From assembly GCF_964204645.1 (NCBI RefSeq), contig NC_134027.1:13362485-13426484 (forward strand): DNA of 64,000 bases, in the 5' to 3' direction. Both the position numbers and the translations under genes were made by a program. The number at the start of each line of letters is the position of its first letter. Positions within the stretch are counted from its first letter, which is position 1. The notes beneath the pieces were generated by a model. The model had not been told where the DNA came from. It ran no database searches and saw only the letters and a list, made by a program, of their open reading frames with translations. The stretch is from Tubulanus polymorphus. Lineage: Eukaryota > Animalia > Nemertea. Positions 14,395-26,721 of this stretch are shown here, one piece after another.

Positions 14395-14715
14395 AAAAAA
14401 GGGGTTTTAAGCATTTAGGTATCTAATACGTATTCAATACGTATCTAATACGTATTTAAGTATTTATGTATCTAATATGTATTAATCTAAATAACCTTTA
14501 TTATTTTCAAACTTAGTTGAAAAATTAAAATATATTAGTTGAATAATTAAAATAAATAATATATTTTAAAAAAGGGGGTTTTAAGCATTTAGGTATTTAA
14601 TACGTATGTAATACGTATTTAATACGTATCTAATACGTATTTAATACGTATCTGATACGTACCTAATACGTATCTAATACGTATTTAATACGTATCTAAT
14701 ACATAAATGCTTTAA
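14395..14715. repeat. 11-bp tandem repeat (taatacgtatY)n in two blocks between convergent genes
   Basis: Repeated taatacgtatc/taatacgtatt; leader aaaaaggggttttaagcatttaggtat duplicated at ~14396 and ~14570. Confidence 0.9.
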
Positions 14716-14720
14716 ATGCC

Positions 14721-15318
14721 TTATTTTATAAATTTATATTCATAAGGAAATTGAAGCTTCAGAAGTAATTTTGAGCCTTTATTATTCTTTAATTTATTCA
14801 TATATTCATCATGTAATTCAGTAGGTATAATTTGATTCTCTTCCAATAATTGTTGCATAGATTTTCTATCTTTGTTATAAAATAAAACTAAAAATCTTAT
14901 ATTCTCCCTAAAATCTTTCACAATTGAATTATAACCCATGTTGTTATCCCAAAATGTCTCCCAGAGAAAGCTAAATAGCATAACTCACTTTCTCTTACTT
15001 TTGAATCATGTAAATTTGCACAATCATCTATAATGAATAATGTATTTCATCCTTTATAAATATCCATTGCTATTTTAATCAATTATCTAAATTTTCTTTT
15101 ACTGTTTTAGGATTTAATATGATAAACTTTTTTATCTTAACTATATCTCTATTATATGTTTTATTCATTTCATAAGTAGGGCATAATAATATTATATTAT
15201 CAAAATGATTCTTATAAATAGTTTCTAACAAATCTAATATGAAATGTGTTTTACCACAGTTGGTTACTCCAGTAACTAACATATTATGCGGTTCAAATAT
15301 AAATTAATCTTTATTCAT
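14721..15318 (-). pseudogene. A32/FtsK-like packaging ATPase, frameshifted
   Basis: Walker A GVTNCGKT; Walker B-like FIIDDC near 15020-15040. Confidence 0.88.
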
Positions 15319-16393
15319 TTATTCTTTTAATTTTACTAGATGAAATCCATTCATTAAATTTATCATCATACCCTTTATATTTCACCAAAGAATACTTTTT
15401 TCCTTTAAGAGTTTTTGTTTTCAATACTTTTTCTATTTTGTATTATATTTCATCTGGATTCGGTACACGTGATAATTCTTATTCATAGAAATAACCTAAT
15501 ATATCTTCATCTTTTAAATATTCTAATATATAAACAAAAGGTTTAGTAAGTATTATCTTTTTAATTTTAAATATATCTTCGGTAAAATTAGGAGTATAAC
15601 CTTTATAAAATGTTTTTCGATATTTAGATATTCTTACATGCTGTCCTATTTTGAATTTAGGTTCACCAAAATCATGTGTAACAAATGCTCCATATAAATT
15701 ATTCCAAACTATTTCTGAATTATCTTCTTTTCTAGCTTGTATAGGTTTCATATTTATAGAACTATGTTTAGAATTATTATAACCTTTCACTAAATCATCT
15801 AACACATCGATATATTTATATGTTTCAGTTGCTGTAAAATATTTCCACATTCTAGTTTTCAATGTTTTATTAAATCTTTCAATGATAGCTTTTTTATCTG
15901 AATGCGTTGAAAAATATTCTACATCGTTATCAGATAATAGTTTTTTAAAATGTTTATTATAGAATTCCTTACCTTCATCAAATTGTATCCTACCTGGATT
16001 AGCTTCTTTAAATATTGATTTAAAAGCATTAGTAACCTCTAAACCTGTTTTATTTTTGATTGGTATACTCCATGCGTATCTACTTAATATATCTATAACA
16101 TTTAATATCCAGAAATATCCTTTGTTGTATTCCTCTAAGTTCTTCATGTCAATTAAATCTGCTTGCCATTGTTGATCGATATATGAAACCATAACTTTCC
16201 TTGTTAAATAATTTTTATCCATTTTCTTATGGATTTGATATCTTGGTTGATTTTGTAACCATAATTTTAATTCACTATATTTTATATTTTCTTTATCAGA
16301 TTTAATTTTATCCCATAATTCTGAAACGCTAGAATACGATACTTCACTCTCTGGGTTATAATATAAATCTCTTAAATATTGTTCTTTTTTCAT
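15319..16393 (-). pseudogene. RVE (DDE) integrase with C-terminal chromodomain, stop before chromodomain
   Basis: WQADLIDM, IDILSRYAW, QFDEGKEF, IERFNKTLK motifs. Confidence 0.93.
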
Positions 16394-16398
16394 CTTCT

Positions 16399-16691
16399 TT
16401 TAATCCATTAATAATAATCTGGGTTTATTTTCAATGGTTTTATCATTTGACTTATTTTCTGGTATAATAGGTTTATCATCGGAATCATTATTATTAGATT
16501 TGGATTTATGTTTATATATTACGCCAGAAAATATAATAACTGTTACTAATCCAATTGTAATATATAATTTATTATTACTTCCTGCATTAGAAGAATCAGA
16601 CGGATTATCATTCGAATCAATAACAGATAATTTCTATGGTTCATTTAATTTGTTTTTCGGATCTAGGTTTCTTCTTAATATCATCACTCAT
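16399..16691 (-). pseudogene. Small membrane-anchored viral protein, internally deleted
   Basis: Homolog of 26371..26646. Confidence 0.65.
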
Positions 16692-17240
16692 TTATTTTAG
16701 TTAATTTTTGTTCTGATTCAATATCTTCTGATTTACTTTTATCTTTGTATTCTATAGGTTTGATGTTAGAAAATGTTATAAATCCAGTAGAAATCAATGT
16801 CATTATTCCTCCTAAATGGAATGAAGCGTATCCGACCCATTTCTGTAGTTTTGTCATAACTAAGTAGTCATTTTTTAAATCACTATATAATTTGTTTTCA
16901 TCATCAATTGGTATAATCCGGTTACATAATTTAGAGTAACATTTATAATACCATCTCTTATACAGTCGTTTATTCGAGCTAATCTAGCTTCTTCATATAT
17001 TTTGAAATGTTTTATTACTTTATCTGGTTTCATGGGATCTAGTTCTTGATAAGTTATAATTTCTCCCAAGAAGTCCTTAGATTTGCCGCCGGCAATTATT
17101 AACTCAAGATGATGCTTACATGTTAAATAGTATTCATAATCAATATTATTATCAACTTGAGCACAATTAGAAACAACTGTATCATTATTGCCAGTAATGC
17201 CCAAATCCTCAATTGTCTTTTCAATATCAGATTTCTTTGA
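16692..17240 (-). pseudogene. Hypothetical viral protein, frameshifted
   Basis: ORF 16875..17204 (IAGGKSKDFLG) with coding-like continuation ending in a hydrophobic stretch. Confidence 0.5.
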
Positions 17241-18398
17241 CTTTTATATTAGAGAAAAAAGCGAAAAAAAATACTATAAGTATTATAGAATGATACAAGT
17301 AACTCTTTAATTAACACTAGCTTAGTTAAGTTAAAGAATTCTAGGATTAACTAGATTTGAATAGCTAGTTGAAGTTATTGTTTTTTTATTCAATTCTATT
17401 CAAAATATAAAGTATTCTCCTTTTAAAAAGAAATATTAGATTTTGAAAAAAATCAAAATAGAATTCACTAGCTAGTTGAAGTTATTGTTTTTTAAATACT
17501 TTTTATTTAAATTAGGATTCAATATCTCACTACTTTTGTCTATCTATTAGGAGCAGTAATTATAACAGTCCAGATAAGTCATTTCGGATCCTCGATAATA
17601 AATCCTCAAACTGAAAATCAATTCAACGAAAACGTCGGGTGGAATTACTATTTCATAAACACATGTATTTTATTCTACAGTCAGTATCGATTTCAACATT
17701 CCAAGCCGCTCATTTCATGAGCGGTAAGGTATGCGCGGAATGCAGGAATCAATTCAAGTATAATACAACATCTGTCACTGTAACCATAAACAACGACTGA
17801 ATGACGCAATTGAAATTCCGGCAAACGTAATGCATTGAAAGTCTATACAGTATGGCTAAACTGCTTCAGTCACATAAGTTGAAATATCCGTAATTTCTGA
17901 TTTCACTTCCTTCCATATTCACTTTCATGACTCAAATAGCAATTGTCTTCTTGTTTCGCGTAGCATTTTGTTATCTAAAAGATAAATATCTAGCGTAGAA
18001 TAAAACTAACTTGAAGGTGTAGTTGTCAAATATGAATTACAGCACTTAAACATGTTTAACGTTTCCCAACACCTTAATAACAACAAAAACGGTACTTACA
18101 TTTATAACTGTAAACTCCCAATTGTGTTTCTAGCGAGAAATCCTATGCGTTCTGTATATTCCGTCTGTTCAGTTCGGTGCTCCAATGTGTTGTAATGCGT
18201 CTGCGCTATGGAACGCTAGTGACAGCTGTTCTTTTATGATGAAATTGATTAGGCCTAATTCTTTTCAACTGAAAGCGTTCGATCAATATTCAAATGAGGT
18301 ACTCCCCATTCAACTAGCTGCGACACAGATGCAAATAGCTAATACAATTGCATATAGGCAGTTTGACATAGATCGAGAGATACCGGTTTTCTAAGCAC

Positions 18399-19090
18399 TT
18401 AAGATTCAACGTATTTTTCATTATGTGTTGAGTAATTCCATAATTCAACAAATGTCTTTGCTTTACACAGCTGATCCAAATATAACTGAAAATCTAGTTT
18501 ATTTCCTTTCCTAATATTTTCAACTTTTTCTAAAGGTCTTAAGTTTTTCCAGCTCCAGATTAATTTCTGTTTGTCTTCATCATTCATGTTGAATTTAGAT
18601 ATTGGTAACACATGATCAATATGAAAATAATCTCCATAATTATCTATATTCATTTCACCATTGAACTGATCTATAATCTATGATTTTAAGAATTCATCTG
18701 AACAACCCAACAAATTAGATAGTGTTTCTGAGTGTTTATCTTTACCGAATAGTTGTGATAATCTAGAACTTAAACATCTTCTCATTTTAAAATTAAAATC
18801 TGTTTTATACCTTTCATTTTGATAATTATTACTGTAATCATTATAATGTCCACGATTATTATTTCTCCATTCTCTCATATATTCTGTCATATAATCTGGG
18901 TGATTTGTAAAATATGTTTTATTATTCTGTTTCCAACATGTTTTACAATTATTTCTTAAACTATCTTTCTTAGTTTTTGTGTGTAATATTCTGTAAATGG
19001 CTTATTCAACTCACATTTTGAACATTTCTTATAGTATATATTAACAAAACTATTTGTAATATTGATAGTTTGTGATTGTTCTGTCTCCAT
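18399..19090 (-). pseudogene. HNH endonuclease of the type common in large DNA viruses, disrupted
   Basis: MNIDNYGDYFHIDHVLPISKF...WKNLRPLEKVENIRKG; upstream FKMRRCLSSRL and CKTCW; TAAATG start at 19090. Confidence 0.8.
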
Positions 19091-19099
19091 TTATTATAC

Positions 19100-22000
19100 A
19101 TATTTTTTTTACTAAAATTTGATATTTCCTTTTCTTTCTCTTCTTCTCTTTTAAATATTAAGTATTCTTCTAAACCATACGCGACTGTATGAATTCCATC
19201 ATCCAGAATATATCTTTTATCATCGAATGGGTTTAAACTTATCTTCTCTATCTCTTCAATAAACATTTCGTGGTACTCAGATCTTAAACATTTCATCTTA
19301 TGTTTTCTAACTTCTTTATTAAATATACAATTGATGTAATCTTTAAAATGAATATTCTTTTCAACAACGCTTTTGGTTATTCCTTTCAATTTCTTTGATT
19401 CATGAGTTTTAGTTTTATATTAATACATTTTAGATCTAATTCCAATGAACTCTATCATTTCTTCACCTCCTAATTCATCCTTAAACTTCCCGGGCACCTT
19501 TTTATTATCATTGCTAGACAATTCATGAACTTTTGGATAATTACTGAAATCAAAATGATGATTTAATGTTTTTAAATCATCTGTTATGTTATTAGTTTTT
19601 ATCTTTGATACGTAACTGTCAGTATCAAAATATAAGATTTCTATATGCTTTTCTCCAAAATGAGGTTGTAATACGTTATAATAGAATTTATACATTAATA
19701 GTTTTGATATTTCTAAAACTGTTGCTCCAACATAAATTGGTTTATTAAATTTCATAGAAGTTCTCATTTTAACTGCAGCTAAATTTTCATCAAATATTCT
19801 GTTACCAGTAAATTTAGGATATGTTTATAAATGCCTTATCCTTTTACCATTACTAACTAACTCAATATCATTTCTATTTCTAATATTTTCACAAGTCTTA
19901 CCATAGAATGCATTATTCATTAGTTTGAAGAAATCTTTCTCGAAATCAGTTTTAGCTTTAGTTCTCTGTTTCGTGTTGAAATCTATATATTTTTCTAACC
20001 ATTTTGATTGACTGAATGAAATATTCCTATGTACCTTTTTTTTAGAATCATTTTTTAGAATCATTTTTTAGATTTAAATAAAACTTCAACATTCTATAAT
20101 AAACTACATAATTATATTTATCTTCCTGAGTTACCATTAATTTTTCTGTATGAATATGATTTTCGGGTTTAATTCTTTTTTGATAATTTGATAATTCTTC
20201 ATGTGTTACAGTTTTATGTTCGGGACAGTATGCTAGATTTCTGGATTTAAATTTTTTATCTTCAGGATATTCCAAGTCTACAACAAAGAAGTAACAAGTA
20301 TCTGAATCATCTGCAATATCTAGAATTCTTTTCTTCCAATCAAATTTAACATTATTTTCATGTTGTAAAACTTCACTTATTTCAAATACCACATAAGGTT
20401 GTGGTTCCATCATTGCCCAACCATATAAATTCTTTGCATCTATATATAATAACTTATATCCAGGGTTATCATTTACATTGAAATATCTATCACCTAATAC
20501 ACCTGAAACTCCTCCTCTTATTGATTTTTCAAATAATAATAATTGATCTATATTTGTGAACAAATCCATTTTTATATCTGTAAATTTTAAACCACAGTCC
20601 CAAGTTAATCCTGGACTAGAATAACAATGGCAAGGATCAATATTGAAATATTTTAGATTTACATCTCTAAACCTTTCAAATACATCTGATTTTAAATATA
20701 AATCTACTAATCCTCCATGATTTTTTATTTTGAAATGATTCCAAATATGCAATGTGCTATTATAAACTCCATCTTTAACATATTCATTTTTTAATTATCA
20801 TAGAATTGTTCTTTTAATAATTCAGTTATATTGAAATCATTATGCGATTTATAAAATGAATATGGAATTGCTCCTTTATATTTCATTAATTGAAAATCAT
20901 CATTATTTGGATAATGTTGTTTTAATATTTTTAATTTATCATCAACTAATGATTTTGATAAATTATCTAATGAACTGCTTAAAAATCTATATGAATCTAT
21001 AAATCTTAGACACCCAAATTGGAAAGATATATAATTCTCAGATGTTTTAGCTAACATTTTGAATTTATAAGTTGGTATTTTAGCAACACCTTTTGATCTA
21101 TTTGAATTTAATCTTTCTATTTCATTATTGATTTCTTCTATTTTATGACATAGCTGTTTGATGAATAAATGAGCATCATACCCTGGTAAATTATGAAATA
21201 TTACTGGAACAAAATTGATTTTCTTAGCTTGTAAGTTACAATTCTAATGCGCTGCACCTCTAAACTTTCCGTTCAAATGATTATGGTCTCTAACGTTTTT
21301 ATCTTTAAAATTAAATGTCTTTTCACAATAAAAACATTTATCTGCAAACTAAGATTCTTCTTTATCTTCTTCTGTCATTATAATTTCTATATTTGTATTT
21401 AATAGTTTACTAAATTTTATTTCATACTCAATTAATAAGTCACAAAAATGATTTATGACATGTTCATTTCTATAATGATAATATTCACTTTTAATTAGTT
21501 CTGGATAATCAGATTTTATATATAATCCAAAAGCTGCAGCAATTTGATGAATCTTTTTAATAGTATTCGTTATCAGAGGATCTGAATAATCAATTATATC
21601 ATTTTCAGAATTTAATTTCTTTCTTTTATAATATATTTCTTTTCTATCTTGATCAGTTAATTCCTTATTTAATGATTCAAAATCTCCATATATTACAAAT
21701 GGCACTTTATTCTTGTAATCATATTTTTTGAATTCTAATACTTTATCCTTTTCATTTGGTAAAACTATTTTACAATAATCATGATTATCGCATAATTGCT
21801 TATGATTTAATAATGCCCTTTCATTACTGAATTTAGTTATACATTTTCTACATAGATATATTTTATTGTGGTTATTTTCTGTTCTAAAAGATAATTCTAT
21901 TTGTTTAATCCACACATAATGATTTTCATAATATAATATATCTATAACACCATTTGAATCATAATCTTTTGATAAATACAAAGGTTCTAATGTAAAATGT

Positions 22001-23128
22001 TCAATTTTATTGCCTTTTGTTTTTGGTAATTTGACTAAATCAAACACATTTAGCTTTATTCTATTATCTCTTTCTATTTGTGGTATTTGTTTAATTCTAG
22101 CAGGATAATTATCTATCTTATAATTATTTTCAAATGGTTTATAATGCGTTAATCTAAAACTATGAGTAATATCTTCTGTTGGATGTAAGCAACTTATAAT
22201 TGACCATAGAACACATTTATCATCTTCATTTTGTACATTTATAACAGCATTAGTTTTAAATGGTAATTTTATATAACTTGGTCCATTTATATTATCATCT
22301 ATATAATATGATAAATTATTTTCATCAATTGGGTTCGATTTAGTAAATTTATTATATTTTGTGTTATAAACATGTAAAGTCATAAATATTATTTCATCGA
22401 ATATCAAACCAGATCCTTCAAAATATTCCTCTTCTATCTTATTTTTTATTTCATTATAACATTTATTTAATTTATCATCTATATGTTGTTTAGATGTGAT
22501 ATATTGTGAATGGGAATTTATATTATATATTGGTTTATCTTCTGATTTTAAAAATTTAACTTTATATACTCATTTTAGGGTATTCTACGTCTGTAATTAT
22601 TTTTACAATATTTTTCATATTTTCTAAATGTTTTTTTTTTTCTTCTAATGTTTTACCTTTATGAAATTTAAACTCGATAGCGGCTGGTCCTATATCACTT
22701 TTGAATGCTTCGGTTATTTATATTTCCTTTTTATTATCTAATGAATTAATATAATTTCTTACATCTTCCATGTATGGCCTTTTATTGTCTATTTCATTTT
22801 TTATTCTTTTAATTGTCTTCTGTTTCTCATCATTATCATTATCAAAATAATCTTCACCTAAAATATCATTATTCATATTTCTAATACGACTTTTAGATTT
22901 TAAATGTTCTTTATAATATCTTTTGTTACTAAATGATTGATTACATGTGTCACATTTATATACTTCTTTTTCATTCTTTAATTCATCTAATTTAGTTTCT
23001 AATATATCATCTTTATATTTTAACTTTGATTTATTTTCTAAATGTGTTTTAGTTTTATTATGTCTTGCTTTTTGAGATTTATCTATATCAATTTTACATG
23101 TTGAACAGTAGTACTTATTTGCTTCCAT
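19100..23128 (-). pseudogene. polB: Protein-primed family B DNA polymerase (intein-free allele), fragmented
   Basis: YGDFESL (Exo I), YIDAKNLYGWAM (motif A), KLMNNAFYGK (B), YFDTDS (C), KMY; N-terminal zinc fingers. Confidence 0.95.
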
Positions 23129-23171
23129 TTTAATATCCAATTTTTTTAATTAAAATTGATTTTACATATTT

Positions 23172-23473
23172 TATTCGAAATCTATTTTATTTTGCCCTTT
23201 TTCATTCTAACCTTTATATATGAAATAGAAATCACCAGAACATAATTCTTCTAAATCTTCACTTGATAATCTATGAAATCTATCTGGTAAATGTGTTCTG
23301 AATTTATATTTATTTCCTTTTAATCCTTCATATTCTAAGTGAATAACTAATTTATCTCCATATTTATTAGTAACTGTATCAATATTTGTAATTAAATATT
23401 TCTTATGAATTGTTAATTCTGTTAACTTCTTAAATGATTTGTTGTTCTCACTGTGTACTTGTTTACTCTCCAT
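23172..23473 (-). pseudogene. TIR-embedded small protein, possibly OB-fold ssDNA-binding
   Basis: FKKLTEL...TNKYGDKLVIHL...HLPDRF...FIYKG; copies at 25254-25595 (+) and 36050-36413 (-); function inferred. Confidence 0.55.
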
Positions 23474-23567
23474 TTTGATAACATATTTTTTATTAAAATT
23501 GCTTTTAGAAAGTATTAGATTAATATTTGAAGAGTAATAGGGATAATAGGTGTTCATAACAATGGTT

Positions 23568-23619
23568 GAAAGGTCGAAAAATAAATTCGAGTGTGCGAGA
23601 ATTTATTTTTCGACCTTTC
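23568..23619. repeat. Perfect 21-bp inverted repeat (hairpin, 10-nt loop) at the element 1 end
   Basis: gaaaggtcgaaaaataaattc-gagtgtgcga-gaatttatttttcgacctttc. Confidence 0.95.
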
Positions 23620-23636
23620 GACCTTTGGTATGGCGT

Positions 23637-24700
23637 AGTAGTAGTCGTAGTCGTAGTCGTAGTCGTAATAATAATAATAATAATAATAATAATAGTAATA
23701 ATAATAGTAATAATAATAGTAATAATAATAGTAATAATAATAGTAATAATAGTAATAATAATAGTAATAATAATAATAATAATAAAATATAGCTGCGTAG
23801 CAGCGATAACGGGTTTCGCTAATAGTAATTGTAGTAGCAGTAGCAGTAGCAGTGGCAGTGGCAGTGGCAGTGGCAGTGGCAGTGGCAGTGGCAGTGGCAG
23901 TGGCAGTGGCAGTGGCAGTGGCAGTGGCAGTGGCAGTGGCAGTGGCAGTGGCAGTGGCAGTGGCAGTGGCAGTGGCAGTGGCAGTGGCAGTGGCAGTGGC
24001 AGTGGCAGTGGCAGTGGCAGTGGCAGTGGCAGTGGCAGTGGCAGTGGCAGTGGCAGTGGCAGTGGCAGTGGCAGTGGCAGTGGCAGTGGCAGTGGCAGTG
24101 GCAGTGGCAGTGGCAGTGGCAGTGGCAGTGGCAGTGGCAGTGGCAGTGGCAGTGGCAGTGGCAGTGGCAGTGGCAGTGGCAGTAGCAGTAGCAGTAATAA
24201 TAGTAATAGTAATAATAGTAATAATAATAATAGTAATAATAATAATAGTAATAATAATATTAGTAATAATAATAATAGTAATAATAATAATAGTAATAAT
24301 AATAATAGTAATATAGTAATAATAATAATAATAGTAATAATAATAATAGTAATAATAATAATAGTAGTAATAATAATAGTAATAATAATAATAGTTATAA
24401 TAATAATAGTTATAATAATAATAGTTATAATAATAATAGTTATAATAATAATAGTTATAATAATAATAGTAATGATAATAATAGTTAAATTAATAATAGT
24501 TATAATAATAATAGTTATAATAATGATAGTTATAATAATAATAGTTAAATTAATAATAGTTATAATAATAATAGTTATAATAATGATAGTTATAATAATA
24601 ATAGTTATAATAATAATAGTAATAATACTAATAGTTATAATAATAGTAGTTATAATAATAGTAATAATAATAGTAATAATAATAATAATAATAATAAAAT
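23637..24700. repeat. Compound microsatellite: (AAT/AGT)n, ~55 x (GGCAGT), (AATAATAATAGT/TATAATAATAATAGT)n
   Basis: Directly visible; source of the poly-SG, poly-AV and poly-I ORFs. Confidence 0.97.
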
Positions 24701-25253
24701 ATAGCTGCCTAGCAGCGATAACGGGTTTCTGCCTAACTGGTTTACATGTCGCCCTGGGAAGCGTATAAAGATTTCATCGAAAAATTCTAATCCGTCCATA
24801 ACATATGACTATTTCCAAGAAGCGCAACCTGGGTCAACGTAATGCTGGATATGTGGATCCGTAAGGACTACCACGTAAAAAGTACTGATGGACCAAGTCT
24901 AGTCAAAATGGCTTTGAGGATACCGAAGATATAGTACCCTGGTGGCAGTTGCATGAACTCGAAAAAGTCTCGTGACGATGCAGGTGGTAGCCGAGAAAAA
25001 GAAATATTTTCGAGGAAAATTTTTGAAGACACAATGCAAACACACTTATTGTTCACTTTCTTTCCTATCACTATTTTGGAAATTGAAGTATTGTAATAAA
25101 CAATAGATTTTGTTTGGCAGGTCATCTTGCTCAGGATTCTGTTTATCAAAGCATCGGAGCAATACAGACTAACTTGTTTAAGTCTCCGATGCTGCGAGGC
25201 AGGGCGGTCATTATATTGCTGGCTTATCCAAATTAAACCAACAGAAGTAATAA

Positions 25254-25595
25254 ATGGAGAGTAAACAAATACACAGCGAATTCTTAAATAGAATCAAAGA
25301 TACTACAAATGTCAAATCTGTAGATTATAAATTCAAAAAGTAAACAGAATTAACGTTACATAAGAAATATTTAATTACAAATATTGAAACAATTACCAAT
25401 ACATATGATAATGAATTAGTTAGTCACTTAGAATATGAAGGATTAAAAGGAAATACATATGAATTCAGAACATATTTACCAGATAGATTTCATAGATTAT
25501 CTAGTGAAGTTCTAGAAGAAGTGTGTTCTGGTGATTTCTATTTAATATATAAAGGTATGAATGAAAATGGGCACCATGATATAAATTTCGAATAA
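25254..25595 (+). pseudogene. TIR-embedded small protein, left copy of element 2
   Basis: atggagagtaaacaa... homologous to 23172-23473 and 36050-36413. Confidence 0.7.
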
Positions 25596-25631
25596 TATAA
25601 AATCCATTTTAATACAAAATTTGATATCAAA

Positions 25632-26342
25632 ATGGAAGCAAATAAGAAGTACTACTGTCCAACATGTAAAATCAATATAGACAAATCTCAAATAGCAAGA
25701 TATAATGATACTAAATCTCACTTAGAAAGCAAATTGAAATTAGAATATAATAATGATATATTAGAAACTAAATAAGATGAATTAAAGAATGAAAAAGAAA
25801 TATATAAATGTGATACATATAATCAATCATTCCGTAACAAAAGATATTATAAACAAAATTTAGAATCTAAAAGGCATATTAGAAATATTAATAATGATAT
25901 TTTAGGTGAAGATTATTTTGATAAAGATATTAATAAGTAACAAAGCATGATTAAAAGAATTTAAAAAAGACCATACATGGAAGATGTTAGAAATTATATT
26001 AATTCATTAGATGATAAAAAGATATTGAAATTACTGAAGCATTTAAAAGTGATATCGGACCAGCTGCTATTGAATTTAAATATGATATTTTAACATAAGA
26101 AGAAAACAAAAAAAATGTAGAAAATATGACAAATATTATAAAAATAATTACAGACGTAGAATACCCTAAAATTTGTATATCTGATAAAGTTGATTTTATA
26201 AAATCTGTAGATAAACCACTATAATATAAATTCTCATTCACAACATAATATTTAAAAACAACATACTGATGATAAATTACATAAATGTTATAATGAAATA
26301 TTTAGTAGAAGAGAAATATTTTGAAGGATCTGGTTTGATATT
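25632..26342 (+). pseudogene. polB: pPolB N-terminal zinc-finger region only, truncated by deletion
   Basis: MEANKKYYCPTCKI...YFEGSGLI matches 22400-23128 (-). Confidence 0.85.
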
Positions 26343-26370
26343 GAAACAGAACAAAAATTAACTAAAATAA

Positions 26371-26646
26371 ATGAGTGAAGATGTTAAGAAGAAGCCTAGA
26401 TCCGAAAAACAAAGTAAATGGGCAAGGGAATTAGGCAAAAGATCTTCAGAATTAAAAAGAGCTAAGAAAAAGAAATTAACTGATATAAATGAATCACAGA
26501 AATTATCTGATATTAATTCGAATGATAATCCATCTGATTCTTCTAATGCAGGAAGTAATAATAAATTATATATTACAATTGGATTAGTAACAGTTATTAT
26601 ATTTTCTGGCGTAATATATAAATATAAGTATAAATCTGATTATTAA
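26371..26646 (+). CDS. Basic N-terminus, single-TM small viral protein
   Basis: 91 aa, KKKPRSEKQSKW..., LYITIGLVTVIIFSGVIY; the gene probably ran on to ~26715. Confidence 0.65.
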   Translation: MSEDVKKKPRSEKQSKWARELGKRSSELKRAKKKKLTDINESQKLSDINSNDNPSDSSNAGSNNKLYITIGLVTVIIFSGVIYKYKYKSDY

Positions 26647-26721
26647 CCTATTATACCAGAAAAAAAATCAAATGATAAAATCATTGAAAATAAACCAAGA
26701 TTATTAATGGATTAAAATAAA

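Larger units (their letters stand above)
7201..23636. mobile_element. Polinton/Maverick (adintovirus-like) element 1, degenerate, near full length
   Basis: Capsid module on + and pPolB/integrase/ATPase on -; 7205-7233 is an inverted copy of 23159-23187 (TIR remnant); many frameshifts and stops; boundaries approximate. Confidence 0.92.

Noticed and set aside
17540-18395. Higher-GC segment in element 1 (similar case at 53260-54780) as a defined transposon
   Set aside because: Probably secondary insertions, but no TIR, TSD or ORF could be established
23550-24768. ORFs of 400, 154 and 80 aa with poly-SG, poly-AV, poly-I and poly-N
   Set aside because: Translations of microsatellites; no coding evidence
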